Both the position numbers and the translations under genes were made by a program. This document shows, one piece after another, positions 1 to 13,239 of a stretch of DNA of 64,000 bases. Below the pieces are notes generated by a model. It had not been told where the DNA came from, ran no database searches, and worked only from the letters and a program-made list of their open reading frames with translations. The stretch comes from Eledone cirrhosa (lineage: Eukaryota). Each line of letters begins with the position of its first letter. Within the stretch, counting starts at the first letter, position 1. The DNA lies in NCBI GenBank assembly GCA_964016885.1, contig OZ024741.1, positions 146,010,001 through 146,074,000 of the forward strand, in the 5' to 3' direction.

Positions 1-3000
1 TCCCCACTTCAGTACAGACCTCCATCATATGTCTGGTAGTCTTGTGATCCTCACTTCAGTAATACCTCCATCATATGTCTGGTAGTCTAGTGATCCTAAC
101 TTCAGTACAGACCTCCATCATATGTCTGGTAGTCTTGTGATCCTCACTTCAGTAATACCTCCATCATATGTCTGGTAGTCTAGTGATCCTTACTTCAGTA
201 CAGACCTCCATCATATGTCTGGTAGTCTTGTGATCCTCACTTCAGTAATACCTCCATCATATGGCTGGTAGTCTAGTGATCCTAACTTCAGTAATACCTC
301 CATCATATGTCTGGTAGTCTAGTGATCCTCATTTCAGTACAGACTTCCATCATATGTCTAGTTGTCTAGTGATCCTCACTTCAGTAATACCTCCATCATA
401 TGTCTGGTAGTCTAGTGATCCTCACTTCAGTAAAACCTCCATCATATGGCTGGTTGTCTAGTGATCCTCACTTCAGTAATACCTCCATCATATGTCTAGG
501 AGTCTAGTGATCCTCACTTCAGTAATACCTCCATCATATGTCTGGTAGTCTAGTGATCCTCACTTCAGTAATACCTCCATCATATGGCTGGTTGTCTAGT
601 GATCCTCACTTCAGTAATACCTCCATCATATGTCTAGGAGTCTAGTGATCCTCACTTCAGTAATACCTCCATCATATGTCAGGTAGTCTAGTGATCCTCA
701 CTTCAGTACAGACCTCCATCATATGTATGGTTGTCTAGTGATCCCCACTTCAGTAATACCTTCATCATATGGCTGGTAGTCTAGTGATCCTCACTTCATT
801 ACATACCTCCATCATATTTCTGGTAGTCTAGTGATCCCCACTTCAGTACATACCTCCATCATATGTCTGGTAGTCTAGTGATCCTCACTTCAGTAATACC
901 TCCATCATATGTCTGGTAGTCTAGTGATCCTCACTTCAGTACAGACCTCCATCATATGTCTGGTAGTCTAGTGATCTTCACTTCAGTACAGTCCTCCATC
1001 ATATGTCTGGTTGTCTAGTGATCCCCACTTCAGTACAGACCTCCATCATATGTCTGGTAGTCTAGTGATCCTCACTTCAGTACAGACCTCCATCATATGT
1101 CTGGTAGTCTAGTGATCTTCACTTCAGTACAGACCTCCATCATATGTCTGGTAGTCTAGTGATCCTCACTTCAGTACAGACCTCCATCATATGCCTGGTG
1201 GACTAGTGATCCTCACTTCAGTAATACCTCCATCATATGGCTGGTAGTCTAGTGATCCTCACTTCAGTAATACCTCCATCATATGGTTGGTAGTCTAGTG
1301 ATCCTCACTTCAGTACAGACCTCCATCATATGGCTGGTAGTCTAGTGATCTTCAATTCAGTAATACCTCCTACATATGTCTGGTAGTGTAGTGATCCTCA
1401 CTTCAGTACAGACCTCCATCATATGTCTGGTAGCCTAGTGATCCTCACTTCAGTACAGACCTTCATCATATGGCTGGTAGTCTAGTGATCCTCACTTCAG
1501 TAATACCTCCATCATATGTCTGGTAGTCTAGTGATCCTCACTTCAGTAATACCTCCATCATATGGCTGGTAGTCTAGTGATCCTTACTCCAGTAATACCT
1601 CCATCATATGTCTGGTAGTCTAGTGATACTCACTTCAGTACAGACCTCCATCATATGTCTGGTAGTCTAGTGATCCTTACTTCAGTAATACCTCCATCAT
1701 ATGGCTGATAGTCTAGTGATCCTCACTTCAGTACAGACCTCCATCATATGTCTGGTAGTCTAGTGATCCTCACTTCAGTAATACCTCCATCATATGGCTG
1801 GTTGTCTAGTGATCATCACTCCAGTAATACCTCCATCATATGTCTGGTTGTCTAGTGATCCTCACTTCAGTAATACCTCCATCATATGGCTGGTAGTCTA
1901 GTGATCCTCACTTCAGTAATACCTCCATCATATGGCTGGTTGTCTAGTGATCCTCACTTCAGTAATACCTCCATCATATGTCTGGTAGTCTAGTGATCCT
2001 CACTTCAGTACAGACCTCCATCATATGTCTGGTAGTCTAGTGATCTTCACTTCAGTACAGTCCTCCATCATATGTCTGGTAGTCTAGTGATCCTCACTTC
2101 AGTACAGTCCTCCATCATATGTCTGGTAGTCTAGTGATCTTCACTTCAGTACAGTCCTCCATCATATGTCTGGTAGTCTAGTGATCCTCACTTCAGTACA
2201 GACCTCCATCATATGTCTGGTAGTCTAGTGATCCTCACTTCAGTACAGACCTCCATCATATGTCTGGTAGTCTAGTGATCTTCACTTCAGTACAGTCCTC
2301 CATCATATGTCTGGTAGTCTAGTGATCCTCACTTCAGTAATACCTCCATCATATTTCTGGTAGTCTAGTGATCCCCACTTCAGTACATACCTCCATCATA
2401 TGGCTGGTAGTCTAGTGATCCTCACTTCAGTAAATACCTCCATCATATGGCTGGTAGTCTAGTGATCCTCACTTCAGTAATACCTCCATCATATGGCTGG
2501 TAGTCTAGTGATCCTCACTTCAGTAATACCTCCATCATATGTCTGGTAGTCTAGTGTTCCTTACTCCAGTAATACCTCCATCATATGTCTGGTAGTCTAG
2601 TGATCCTCACTTCAGTACATACCTCCATCATATGGCTGGTTGTCTAGTAATCCTTACTTCAGTAATACCTCCATCATATGGCTGGTAGTCTAGTGATCCT
2701 CACTTCAGTAATACCTCCATCATATGGCTGGTTGTCTAGTAATCCTTACTTCAGTAATACCTCCATCATATGGCTGGTAGTCTAGTGATCCTCACTTCAG
2801 TAATACCTCCATCATATGGCTGGTAGTCTAGTGATCCTCACTTCAGTAATACCTCCATCATATGGCTGGTAGTCTAGTGATCCTCACTTCAGTAATACCT
2901 CCATCATATGGCTGGTAGTCTAGTGATCCTTACTTCAGTAATACCTCCATCATATGGCTGGTTGTCTAGTGATCCTCACTTCCGTAATACCTCCATCATA

Positions 3001-6000
3001 TGGCTGGTAGTCTAGTGATCCTCACTTCAGTACATACCTCCATCATATGGCTGGTAGTCTAGTGATCCTCACTTCAGTACATACCTCCATCATATGGCTG
3101 GTTGTCTAGTGATCCCCACTTCAGTAATACCTCCATCATATGGCTAGTAGTCTAGTGATCCTCACTTCAGTACATACCTCCATCATATTTCTGGTAGTCT
3201 AGTGATCCCCACTTCAGTACATACCTCTCATCATATGTCTGGTAGTCTAGTGATCCCCACTTCAGTACAGACCTCCATCATATGGCTGGTAGTCTAGTGA
3301 TCCCCACTTAAGTAATACCTCCATCATATGTCTGGTAGTCTAGTGATCCTTACTTCAGTACAGACCTCCATCATATGGCTGGTAGTCTAGTGATCCCCAC
3401 TTCAGTACAGACCTCCATCATATGGCTGGTAGTCTAGTGATCCTCACTTCAGTAATACCTCCATCATATGTCTGGTAGTCTAGTGATCCTTACTTCAGTA
3501 CAGACCTCCATCATATGTCTGGTAGTCTTGTGATCCTCACTTCAGTAATACCTCCATCATATGTCTGGTAGTCTAGTGATCCTAACTTCAGTACAGACCT
3601 CCATCATATGTCTGGTAGTCTTGTGATCCTCACTTCAGTAATACCTCCATCATATGTCTGGTAGTCTAGTGATCCTTACTTCAGTACAGACCTCCATCAT
3701 ATGTCTGGTAGTCTTGTGATCCTCACTTCAGTAATACCTCCATCATATGGCTGGTAGTCTAGTGATCCTAACTTCAGTAATACCTCCATCATATGTCTGG
3801 TAGTCTAGTGATCCTCATTTCAGTACAGACTTCCATCATATGTCTAGTTGTCTAGTGATCCTCACTTCTGTAATACCTCCATCATATGTCTGGTAGTCTA
3901 GTGATCCTCACTTCAGTAATACCTCCATCATATGGCTGGTAGTCTAGTGATCCTCACTTAGGTAATACCTCCATCATATGTCTGGTAGTCTAGTGATCCT
4001 CACTTCAGTAATACCTCCATCATATGTCTGGTAGTCTAGTGATCCTCACTTCAGTAATACCTCCATCATATGGCTGGTATTCTAGTGATCCTCACTTCAG
4101 TAATACCTCCATCATATGGCTGTTTGTCTAGTGATCCTCACTTCAGTAATACCTCCATCATATGTCTGGTTGTCTAGTGATCCTCACTTCAGTACAGACC
4201 TCCATCATATGTCTGGTAGTCTAGTGATCCTCACTTCAGTAATACCTCCATCATATGGCTGGTAGTCTAGTGATCCTCACTTCAGTAATACCTCTATCAT
4301 ATGGCTGGTAGTCTAGTGATCCTCACTTCAGTAATACCTCCATCATATGTCAGGTAGTCTAGTGATCCTCACTTCAGTACAGACCTCCATCATATGGCTG
4401 GTTGTCTAGTGATTCTCACTTCAGTAATACCTCCATCATATGTCTGGTAGTCTAGTGATTCTCACTTCAGTACAGACCTCCATCATATGTCTGGTAGTCT
4501 AGTGATCCTCACTTCAGTAATACCTCCATCATATGTCTGGTAGTCTAGTGATTCTCACTTCAGTACAGACCTCCATCATATGGCTGGTAGTCTAGTGATC
4601 CTCACTTCAGTAATACCTCCATCATATGTCTGGTAGTCTAGTGATCCCCACTTCAGTACATACCTCCATCATATGTCTGGTAGTCTAGTGATCCTCACTT
4701 CAGTAATACCTCCATCATATGTCTGGTAGTCTAGTGATCCTCACTTCAGTAATACCTCCATCATATGTCTGGTAGTCTAGTGATCCCCACTTCAGTACAG
4801 ACCTCCATCATATGCCTGGTAGTCTAGTAATCCTTACTTCAGTAATACCTCCATCATATGTCTGGTAGTCTAGTGATCCCCACTTCAGTAATACCTCCAT
4901 CATATGTCTGGTAGTCTAGCTATCCTCACTTCAGTACATACCTCCATCATATGTCTGGTAGTCTAGTGATCCTCACTTCAGTAATACCTCCATCATAAGT
5001 CTGGTTGTCTAGTGATCCTCACTTCAGTACATACCTCCATCATATGTCTGGTAGTCTAGTGATCCCCACTTCAGTAATACCTCCATCATATGTCTGGTAG
5101 TCTAGTGATCCTTACTTCAGTAATACCTCCATCATATGTCTGGTAGTCTAGCTATCCTCACTTCAGTAATACCCCCATCATATGGCTGGTTGTCTAGTGA
5201 TCCTCACTTCAGTAATACCTCCATCATATGGCTGGTAGTCTAGTGATCCTTACTTCAGTAATACCTCCATCATATGGCTGGTAGTCTACTGATCCTCACT
5301 TCAGTAATACCTCCATCATATGGCTGGTAGTCTAGTGATCCTCACTTCAGTAATACCTCCATCATATGGCTGGTTGTCTAGTGATCCTCACTTCAGTAAT
5401 ACCTCCGTCATATGTCTGGTAGTCTAGTGATCCTCACTTCAGTACATACCTCCATCATATGGCTGGTAGTCTAGTGATCCTCACTTCAGTAATACCTCCA
5501 TCATATATCTGGTAGTCTAGTGATCCTCACTTCAGTACAGTCCTCCATCATATGTCTGGTAGTCTAGTGATCCTTACTTCAGTACATACCTCCATCATAT
5601 GTCTGGTAGTCTAGTGATCCTCACTTCAGTACATACCTCCATCATATGTCTGGTAGTCTAGTGATCCCCACTTCAGTAATACCTCCATCATATGTCTGGT
5701 AGTCTAGTGATCCTCACTTCAGTACAGACCTCCATCATATGTCTGGTAGTCTAGTGATCCTTACTTCAGTACATACCTCCATCATATGTCTGTTAGTCTA
5801 GTGATCCTCACTTCAGTACATACCTCCATCATATGGCTGGTTGTCTAGTGATCCTCACTTCAGTACAGACCTCCATCATATGTCTGGTAGTCTAGTGATC
5901 CTCACTTCAGTACAGACCTCCATCATATGTCTGGTAGTCTAGTGATCCTCACTTCAGTACATACCTCCATCATATGGCTGGTAGTCTAGTGATCCTCACT

Positions 6001-6579
6001 TCAGTAATACCTCCATCATATGGCTGGTCGTCTAGTGATCCTCACTTCAGTACAGACCTCCATCATATGTCTGGTAGCCTAGTGATCCTCACTTCAGTAC
6101 AGACCTCCATCATATGTCTGGTAGTCTAGTGATCCTCACTTCAGTACAGACCTCCATCATATGTCTGGTAGTCTAGTGATCCTCACTTCAGTACAGACCT
6201 CCATCATATGTCTGGTAGTCTAGTGATCCTCACTTCAGTACATACCTCCATCATATGGCTGGTTGTCTAGTGATCCTCACTTCAGTACAGACCTCCATCA
6301 TATGTCTGGTAGTCTAGTGATCCTCACTTCAGTACAGACCTCCATCATATGTCTGGTAGTCTAGTGATCCTTACTTCAGTACATACCTCCATCATATGTC
6401 TGTTAGTCTAGTGATCCTCACTTCAGTACATACCTCCATCATATGTCTGGTAGTCTAGTGATACTCACTTCAGTACAGACCTCCATCATATGTCTGGTAG
6501 TCTAGTGATCCTCACTTCAGTACAGACCTCCATCATATGGCTTGTAGACTAGTGATACTCACTTCAGTACAGACCTCCA
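1..6579. repeat. Tandem satellite/minisatellite, 46/47-bp unit, about 140 copies, runs off the left edge
   Basis: Unit CTTCAGTA(AT|CAG|CAT)ACCTCCATCATATG(T|G)CTGGTAGTCTAGTGATCCTCA; unit starts at 7, 54 and 100 give periods of 47 and 46. No unique spacers and no ORF of 60 aa or more. Confidence 0.98.
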
Positions 6580-7039
6580 GTAATGGGATAGATCATTTTG
6601 TAAATTCTCTTTAACATTCCTTCCAGCTCAGGATAAACTCATCATCATCATCATCACTGTTTAATGTCTACTTTTCCATGCTTGCCTGTGTTGCATGAGT
6701 TCTTTCCAGCATCTGTCCAATTGTCTTGGTCCTTCATCATCTCCCCCATGAGATTCAACTGTCTATAAGTGTTATTATTTCTTACTCATCAATAGTGAAT
6801 GAGAATTGTGTGTGTGTGTGTGTGTGTGTGGGTGTGTGGTGTGGGGTGTATAATTGTATACACACACACACACACACAGACAAGGATACTTGTATATATA
6901 TGCACCATTTAAATGTTATCATACCTCTCCCTTCTATATACCTTCCAAATCATAACTCATCAACTTACATCCTGATCACCCCAACCCTTCTACCATGCCT
7001 TTACGCCCCTGCCCCAGTTCCTAAACCACACTGTCAATA

Positions 7040-7240
7040 GTCATGTAGGTGTCATGACAAAAAGCACCCAGCACACACTTTAAATGTTGTTGGCATTTGG
7101 AAGGGCATTCAGCCATAGGAACCAAGCCAGAAGCAGTCTGTATGAGCAAGATATGGTCACCTAACCTTACTGGCCCCAAATGGGACAACCCATCTAACCC
7201 TTGCTAGTGTGGAAAATAGACATTAAACAAAGATGATAAT
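7040..7240 (+). mobile_element. Short non-autonomous element/SINE with RTE-like 3' tail (degenerate)
   Basis: gtcatgtaggtgtcatgacaaaaagcacccag...ggaagggcattcagccatagg...cccttgctagtgtggaaaatagacattaaac..gatgat; same motif string as 9081-9355, 42690-42865 and 56095-56357. Confidence 0.75.
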
Positions 7241-7414
7241 GTGTATACATGTATCTATTTTTACATAATTGTATATGTATATATACATTCATATTCTGTT
7301 TCCTAGTTTCAGTTATTGATCCCTGTGCATTTTCTCAACCCTGGTACTTAATACATTGATCTACTTTTATGAAACCACCAAACACATGCACACTATCTCT
7401 CTCACACACATATA

Positions 7415-7555
7415 TATGATGGAATTCTGCTATGTCTGTCCACCAAATTTCACTTAAAAGGTTGTAGTAGAAGACACTTGCCCATGTGGCCATGCAGTTA
7501 GAATGAACCTGAAGGCACATGGTTTCAAAGCAACCTCTTTAACCAAACAGTCATG
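7415..7555 (-). mobile_element. tRNA-derived SINE fragment
   Basis: tagtagaagacacttgccca...gaacc...aagcaacctctttaacc reads on minus as a decayed A/B-box head plus ttgggcaagtgtctt-like body; related copy at 61305-61675. Confidence 0.55.
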
Positions 7556-7814
7556 TAGACAAACAGAAAGACAGGCAGACAAACAGTCAGATAGACAGAT
7601 ATTTATATACACTTAAGATTTTTAACACCATTAATTGAAAGATGAGTTTGATGTTGTGTGCTAAGCAAAAGACAAAATTGGGGCAGATATAATGTATGAA
7701 TGATAAGAGTTGGGTAAAGATGTGCCAGGTGTTCCAAATGGAAGAAAATCTAGGAAAGGAAAGACCAAGGAAAACAGGCAGAAGTGTTGAAAGCTGGTTT
7801 CATGATGACAAATA

Positions 7815-9355
7815 TCATGACGACCTTGAGAAAGCCTTTGACAGAGTTCCACATGCTGTAATCTGGTGGGCTCTTAGAAAACTAGAAGTAGATGAATGGC
7901 TTGTGAAAGCGGTACAAGCCATGTATAGGGGAGCAGTCAGCAAAGTTAGGATTAGCAATGAATATAGCGAGGAATTTAGCGTACAGGTTGGGGTCCACCA
8001 GGGCTCTGTTCTTAGCCCTCTCCTGTTCATCATAGTCCTGCAGGCAATAACGGAGGAGTTTAAGACCGGATGCCCATGGGAACTCCTGTATGCTGATGAC
8101 CTCGCACTCATAGCTGAATCTATGGTAGAACTAGAGAATAAATTCCAAACATGGAAGCAGGGACTAGAAAGAAAGGGTCTCAAAGTCAACATGACAAAGA
8201 CTAAGGTCCTTGTAAGTAGACGAGAAAACAGAACCCAGATCCCCTCAGGGAACTGGCCTTGCTCAGTATGTAGGAAAGGTGTAGGTAGGAACTCCATTCT
8301 CTGCCCCAAATGCAAACAATGGGTACACAAGAGATGTAGCGGGATCTCAGGAAGCTTAATTAAGAATGTAGGATTCACATGCAGCAGCTGTGCTGAGACA
8401 GCAAGCAGCAAACAGCCACAGGAAACAAGTACTACCAATCTCTGGGAGGGCTCTGTAGAAACAGTAGACAGCTTCTGCTACCTAGGTGACTGAATTAGCA
8501 ACGGAGGTGGGTGTTCAGAAAGTACAATAACTAGGGTAAGAACGGGATGGAAGAAGTTTAGGGAACTACTACCACTGCTAGCTGCAAAAGGCTTCTCCCT
8601 CAGAATGAAAGGCAGATTGTATGATGCGTGTATCCGAACAGCGATGTTGCATGGTAGTGAGACCTGGGCGCTGAAGGTGGAAGACTTACGTAGATTAGAG
8701 AGAAACGAAGCCTGCATGCTCCGATGGATGTGTAACAGTAATATACGTGAACGACAAAGCATAAATGAATTGAGAGAGAGACTGAGCATAAGAGGAATCA
8801 AATGCTGTGTGCAGGAGAGGCGGTTGCGCTGGTATGGACATGTGATGCGTATGAAGGATGACAGCTGCATAAAAAGGTGCAGAGCACTAGAAGTTGATGG
8901 AAACCGCGGAGTGGGGAGACCCAAGATGACCTGGGATGAGGTGATAAAAGCCGACCTTACCCAATTACACCTCTCAAAGACAATGACACACGACCGTGAC
9001 TTCTGGCGTCACGCAGTAATACAGAGTACCCGACCTCCCATGGGTACAAGCTGAAGCATATAGGCAATATGCCCCCCCCCCCACCGCAAGGTGGTCGTGG
9101 AGGTGCCACGGCAAAAAAGCACCCAGCCCACACTGTAAAGTGGACGTGTAGGCGCCACGAAAAAGCACCCAGCACTCACTGTAAATGAGGTTGGTGTTAG
9201 GAAGGGCATCCAGCTGTAGAAATCAAGCCAGATCAGTTCCTGTATGAGCAAGGCATGGTCAGCCGACCAGACACTGCCCACAACAGGACAACCCGTCTAA
9301 CCCATGCTAGCGGGGAAGAACGGACATAAAACGGTGATGATGATGATGATGATGA
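7815..9355 (+). mobile_element. RTE-clade LINE, 5'-truncated (RT, internal PHD-type finger, thumb/C-terminus, 3' UTR, (GAT)n tail)
   Basis: [56 protein letters not shown]. ORFs 7696-8493 and 8605-9054 are in the same frame, separated by one TGA (8491-8493). Ends ggacataaaacggt(gat)n. Confidence 0.95.
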
Positions 9356-9864
9356 TATTATATTATAATGGAGATATTATATATAGTTATCGTAGAGATG
9401 TTAAGTATTATATATTATTATATTAGGAATAATATAGTGGGGATATAATTTCAATGTTATCACACAATTTTGACATTTTTCAAATGTCTTTCATTCAATC
9501 GATATGCCCTGCATAAGATATGATCTGATTTCTTTCATGTCATGATGCCATAAAAAATTGTTATTGCAATTCCTTCCTTAAGATAAGAATACCTGAAAAT
9601 AGTAAGAATCAAAGAGATGATTCCCTTGATTAATGTACATAAATAATAAAAATAATTATTGAGGAAGTCATAGAATAGACTGCCACCAGATTTGATTACA
9701 TGTCTTTCAGCTCTTTGATCAATGGAGCAGGTTGTTCATGAAATTAATACACAAATAGTTGAGTATGAGTATTAGTATTCCTCAGATATGAGGTGTGAAA
9801 TTGTGTGACAAAGCTGGTCCTTTGAATTACAAATACAATCCATCTGGCAGGCCTCGGGGGGGGG

Positions 9865-10375
9865 GGGTGTATTGTACTACAATTAGAAATCCTTCCATCT
9901 CAGCTTTTAATCCAGTGCTCCATAACCAGTTTTGTGTATTTTGCTTGTCTACTTCCTCTCTATTCAGTCTTTTCAGGTATTGACCATCTAAGGATTTTTC
10001 TTGCCACATTTTAACATGGCATTCTGGAGGTCTGTTTTTAGTTTGGATTTTAAGTTTTTCACAATTCCTATTGTTGTTTCTTGTTTGTTTTCATTTCCCT
10101 CACAGCTATCTGTTAATCCAGTTTCTAATTTGAATTTGAATTTATTGGCCTCCTTGAAGACTGAGTACAATTTTGTTTTGTTTATATTTTGTAGCTATTT
10201 CTTTGTTCTTCATTTGATATTTTTGTTGTTCTACAGTAGTTTCTTGGTTGCATAAGGCCCCTTTCTCTATATATAATCTTTTGACATCTGATTTTGGATG
10301 GCATATTATAAATGCAGTCATTATTTTTTTTTGTTCTTCTGTCTATTCCTGTTAGTTCTTTTAGTGTCCAGTTCA
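9865..10375 (-). mobile_element. R4/Dong-like RLE LINE fragment (degenerate)
   Basis: Minus ORF MWQEKSLDGQYLKRLNREEVDKQNTQNWLWSTGLKAEMEGFLI resembles the KPLYGKYP...WLxSSGLKSETEGLI segment of the Dong copies at 20700 and 25080. Confidence 0.75.
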
Positions 10376-10512
10376 GAGTTTAGCTTTTCCTTTCATCCTT
10401 ATGGAGTCGATAAAATAAAGCATCAGTAATGAACTGAGGTTGATTTAATCGACTTTCCCTTCCCCCTATAAAAATTGTTAGCCTTGTGCCTAAATCAGAA
10501 ACAATTATTATT
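10376..10512 (+). mobile_element. SINE body and tail (ctttcatcc..gtcgataaaa family), head missing
   Basis: cctttcatccttatggagtcgataaaataaag...gatttaatcgactttccc...gccttgtgcctaaatcagaaacaattattatt; same family as 16188-16396. Confidence 0.8.
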
Positions 10513-12904
10513 GCTATGATTTTTCTGTGATTGGCTATTACACTTTAAACAATCACAACTATGGAATAAAATCAATGCTACAATCGAAATCTTTAACATA
10601 AAGAAACAAGTACGAGTATTACAGTTTAGCCCTCTCATAATCATTTTTCTGATGAAAACAAAAACACTGCTTGTAAATTTTTTTCAAATGATTTTGAAAT
10701 TTATCATGAATTGTGAGAGAATTAGTGAAATAAAATTCTCATTATGATACTTGGTGTATAACATAAATGTTTTTTGTATACAATTTTGATGGAAATTATT
10801 TAAATGAGTATAAATACTTTAAAACAACAGTTTGTTATGGAACCAAGAGTAGTTTCAGGCAGTTTAATATCAAAAGGTTAAGGCCATATTCCTTGCAGAA
10901 CTCATTAGAGGATAATCATACATGCCATGGAATCTATTTTGTAGTCTAATGTCTAATATCTTATGAATTTTTTTTAAAGTTGACTCCTGTAAGCTAGGTT
11001 GAACCTCTTAAATGACATAAACATTAATTTTATGAAGTGACAAGCCATCTAAGTCAGATACTACAATGTAGAATACTAACAATCTTTTCACAACACATAA
11101 ATAATGATATACTTCATTTATATTGATAAATTATAATTATTGATTGCAATTCCTCCCAATATTATTGAATTAACTGTGATCTAAAATATATTAATGAAAC
11201 TGTCATTTTTAATATAAATCATTTGTAATGTATCTTTATTGAAATTTTGTTTGATACTTTCAAAACCGTTCTTCATTGAGTTGATGGAAGAGACTTATCT
11301 ACAAAAACATAAAAACCACATAGACCGAGTGGGAGTCTGTATGTGTAGAGTGATTAGGAAATGTATGTATGTATTGGTGAGAGTGAGAGAAAATGAGTTA
11401 TGTAGATGGTAAGCGATTGGAGGACTAATTCCTCAAATCAGGTTCAATTTCAATTCTCAGTTCACCTACTAATACCATTGCTCTCACAATCCCTATATTA
11501 CTATCACAACTTTTACAATATCTCAACTGCTAGCAATGCACTAATTCTATCAGTTCTTGAAATCATGAAATGAAGAATGCTGACAACTGGTTGCTGGATA
11601 ATGTTGTTGCTGCTGTTGATTTTGGTGTTTCTTAAATAAAACTATATTGAAAGATTTAAATTTAAATGGGAACCCTTTAGAATGGCTGATTTTGCTTCAT
11701 AGAACCAAAGTCAGTTTTGACTGCATTGGTATGAAAAGGATTAGTAAATCAATTTAGTAGAGCTTCCATTACACATGATATGATTTGTGCTCAGTGCTAC
11801 AAGTTAACAAAACAAAAATTAATTATTCAGTGGTAATAGAGTAGAATATTTTCTTATTGGCGAAATCTATTTATAGCCTTTTACTATCATTTTAGTATTT
11901 AGTGTTTTATTCATCTAAATGACACAGATCAATCTATAGGATATGAACTGACGATTATATCAATTATAAAAATTCCTGGACTGAATTAATATTTGCTCAC
12001 AATACATCCTCATTTAGCTATGCTTTACAGCCAACCTTCTGGAACATTCTTACACAGAAACTAATTTGTCTAAAACTTTTCAAGAAATGCCTTCCAGATG
12101 TAATTTAACAAATAATTTAACAAATCAAAGATAGACAATTTTAGACTAACGTTTGAAGAGAAGGAAACATATAAGTAGTTTTAAAATTAAACATGGGAAC
12201 TATTCTTAATATTACCAATAACTAATCATGCAAACCATTGCACATATATCTCTGCTATTTCAGGACACAGTACGATTTCTAAATTGCAAAGAAACAACTA
12301 CTTATATAATCCTGCAGCAATTCTTTTCATCTCATTTTACTTAAGTCAGGTGGAGAGCTTTTATGAAGGTGAGTTAGTTATAACACCCACATAGCATATT
12401 TAGACACTTTTATAAACTCATTCAGACTTTACTAAGTAGTAACCAAATCTCTTTATAAATCCTATAGTTTTCTACAAAAACACAACTGAATATTTAAGTT
12501 GGTAATGTTAACACATTTTGTCTATAGTATGAGAACATAGAAGAGTGTAGCAGTTCTAACGCTGGAACTAATATGGATTTTATTGGTTTGTAGTTTTAAT
12601 TTAAATTTTTGCCATGAAACGTCCTAGCTGCAACAAACGACCATCCTATCCCAGGGATAATATGCCTTCCATCTGCTTAATCTTCTGGAGGAGGAGCAGG
12701 AAGAGGAGACACTTCAGTCATGGCTGACCGTGGGTTTGAACCTAGAAAGTTCCTCTTTAAGATACAAGCCCAGGCAAGGTCTTTTTTGTATGGAACACCA
12801 GCAGTTGCCCATGCATACTGGACCCACTTCTCTATACTACTCATGTTATCCAAGGGAAAGGCAAAAATCAATACAGCTTGGCACCAGTAATGTTGCAACT
12901 CATA

Positions 12905-13030
12905 TTTTCCAGCTGTGTGAACTGGAGCAACATAAAATAAAATGTCTTGCTCAAAGTACAATGCACCAACCAAGTGAAGAATTGAACTCACAAACTCACA
13001 GTTGTGAAATCAATACTCTAACAACTAAGA
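12905..13030 (-). mobile_element. tRNA-derived SINE (CORE-like ttgagcaagaca body)
   Basis: Minus strand: tagttgttagagtatt...gtgagttcaatt (A/B boxes) followed by ttgagcaagacatttta; copies at 58790-58932 and 63905-64000. Confidence 0.7.
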
Positions 13031-13239
13031 AATTGGAAATAAAATAATCACCAACTTCATTAACCTTTATGATTAAGAAGATAATATAGTCCAGAATCAT
13101 TGCTCTACCATTAAAAGACTGTTTGAATAAAGATTGACCAAACTAATGCATTATATATCCCAGCCAATCATAAAACCTATAAATAGTTGTTTAACCTAAT
13201 AAAAATAGCAGCCAAATTCTTTTTTAAATCTAGTCCTAA

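Noticed and set aside
1-6579. CRISPR array, coding repeat or hammerhead satellite
   Set aside because: No unique spacers and no cas genes; the mixed 46/47 period breaks frames and stops are frequent; the minus strand has CTGAAGT but no GAAA core.
7815-8438. Long antisense ORFs over the RTE/Tx1 RT (also 28146-28655)
   Set aside because: Shadow ORFs of the transposon reading frames with no independent motifs.
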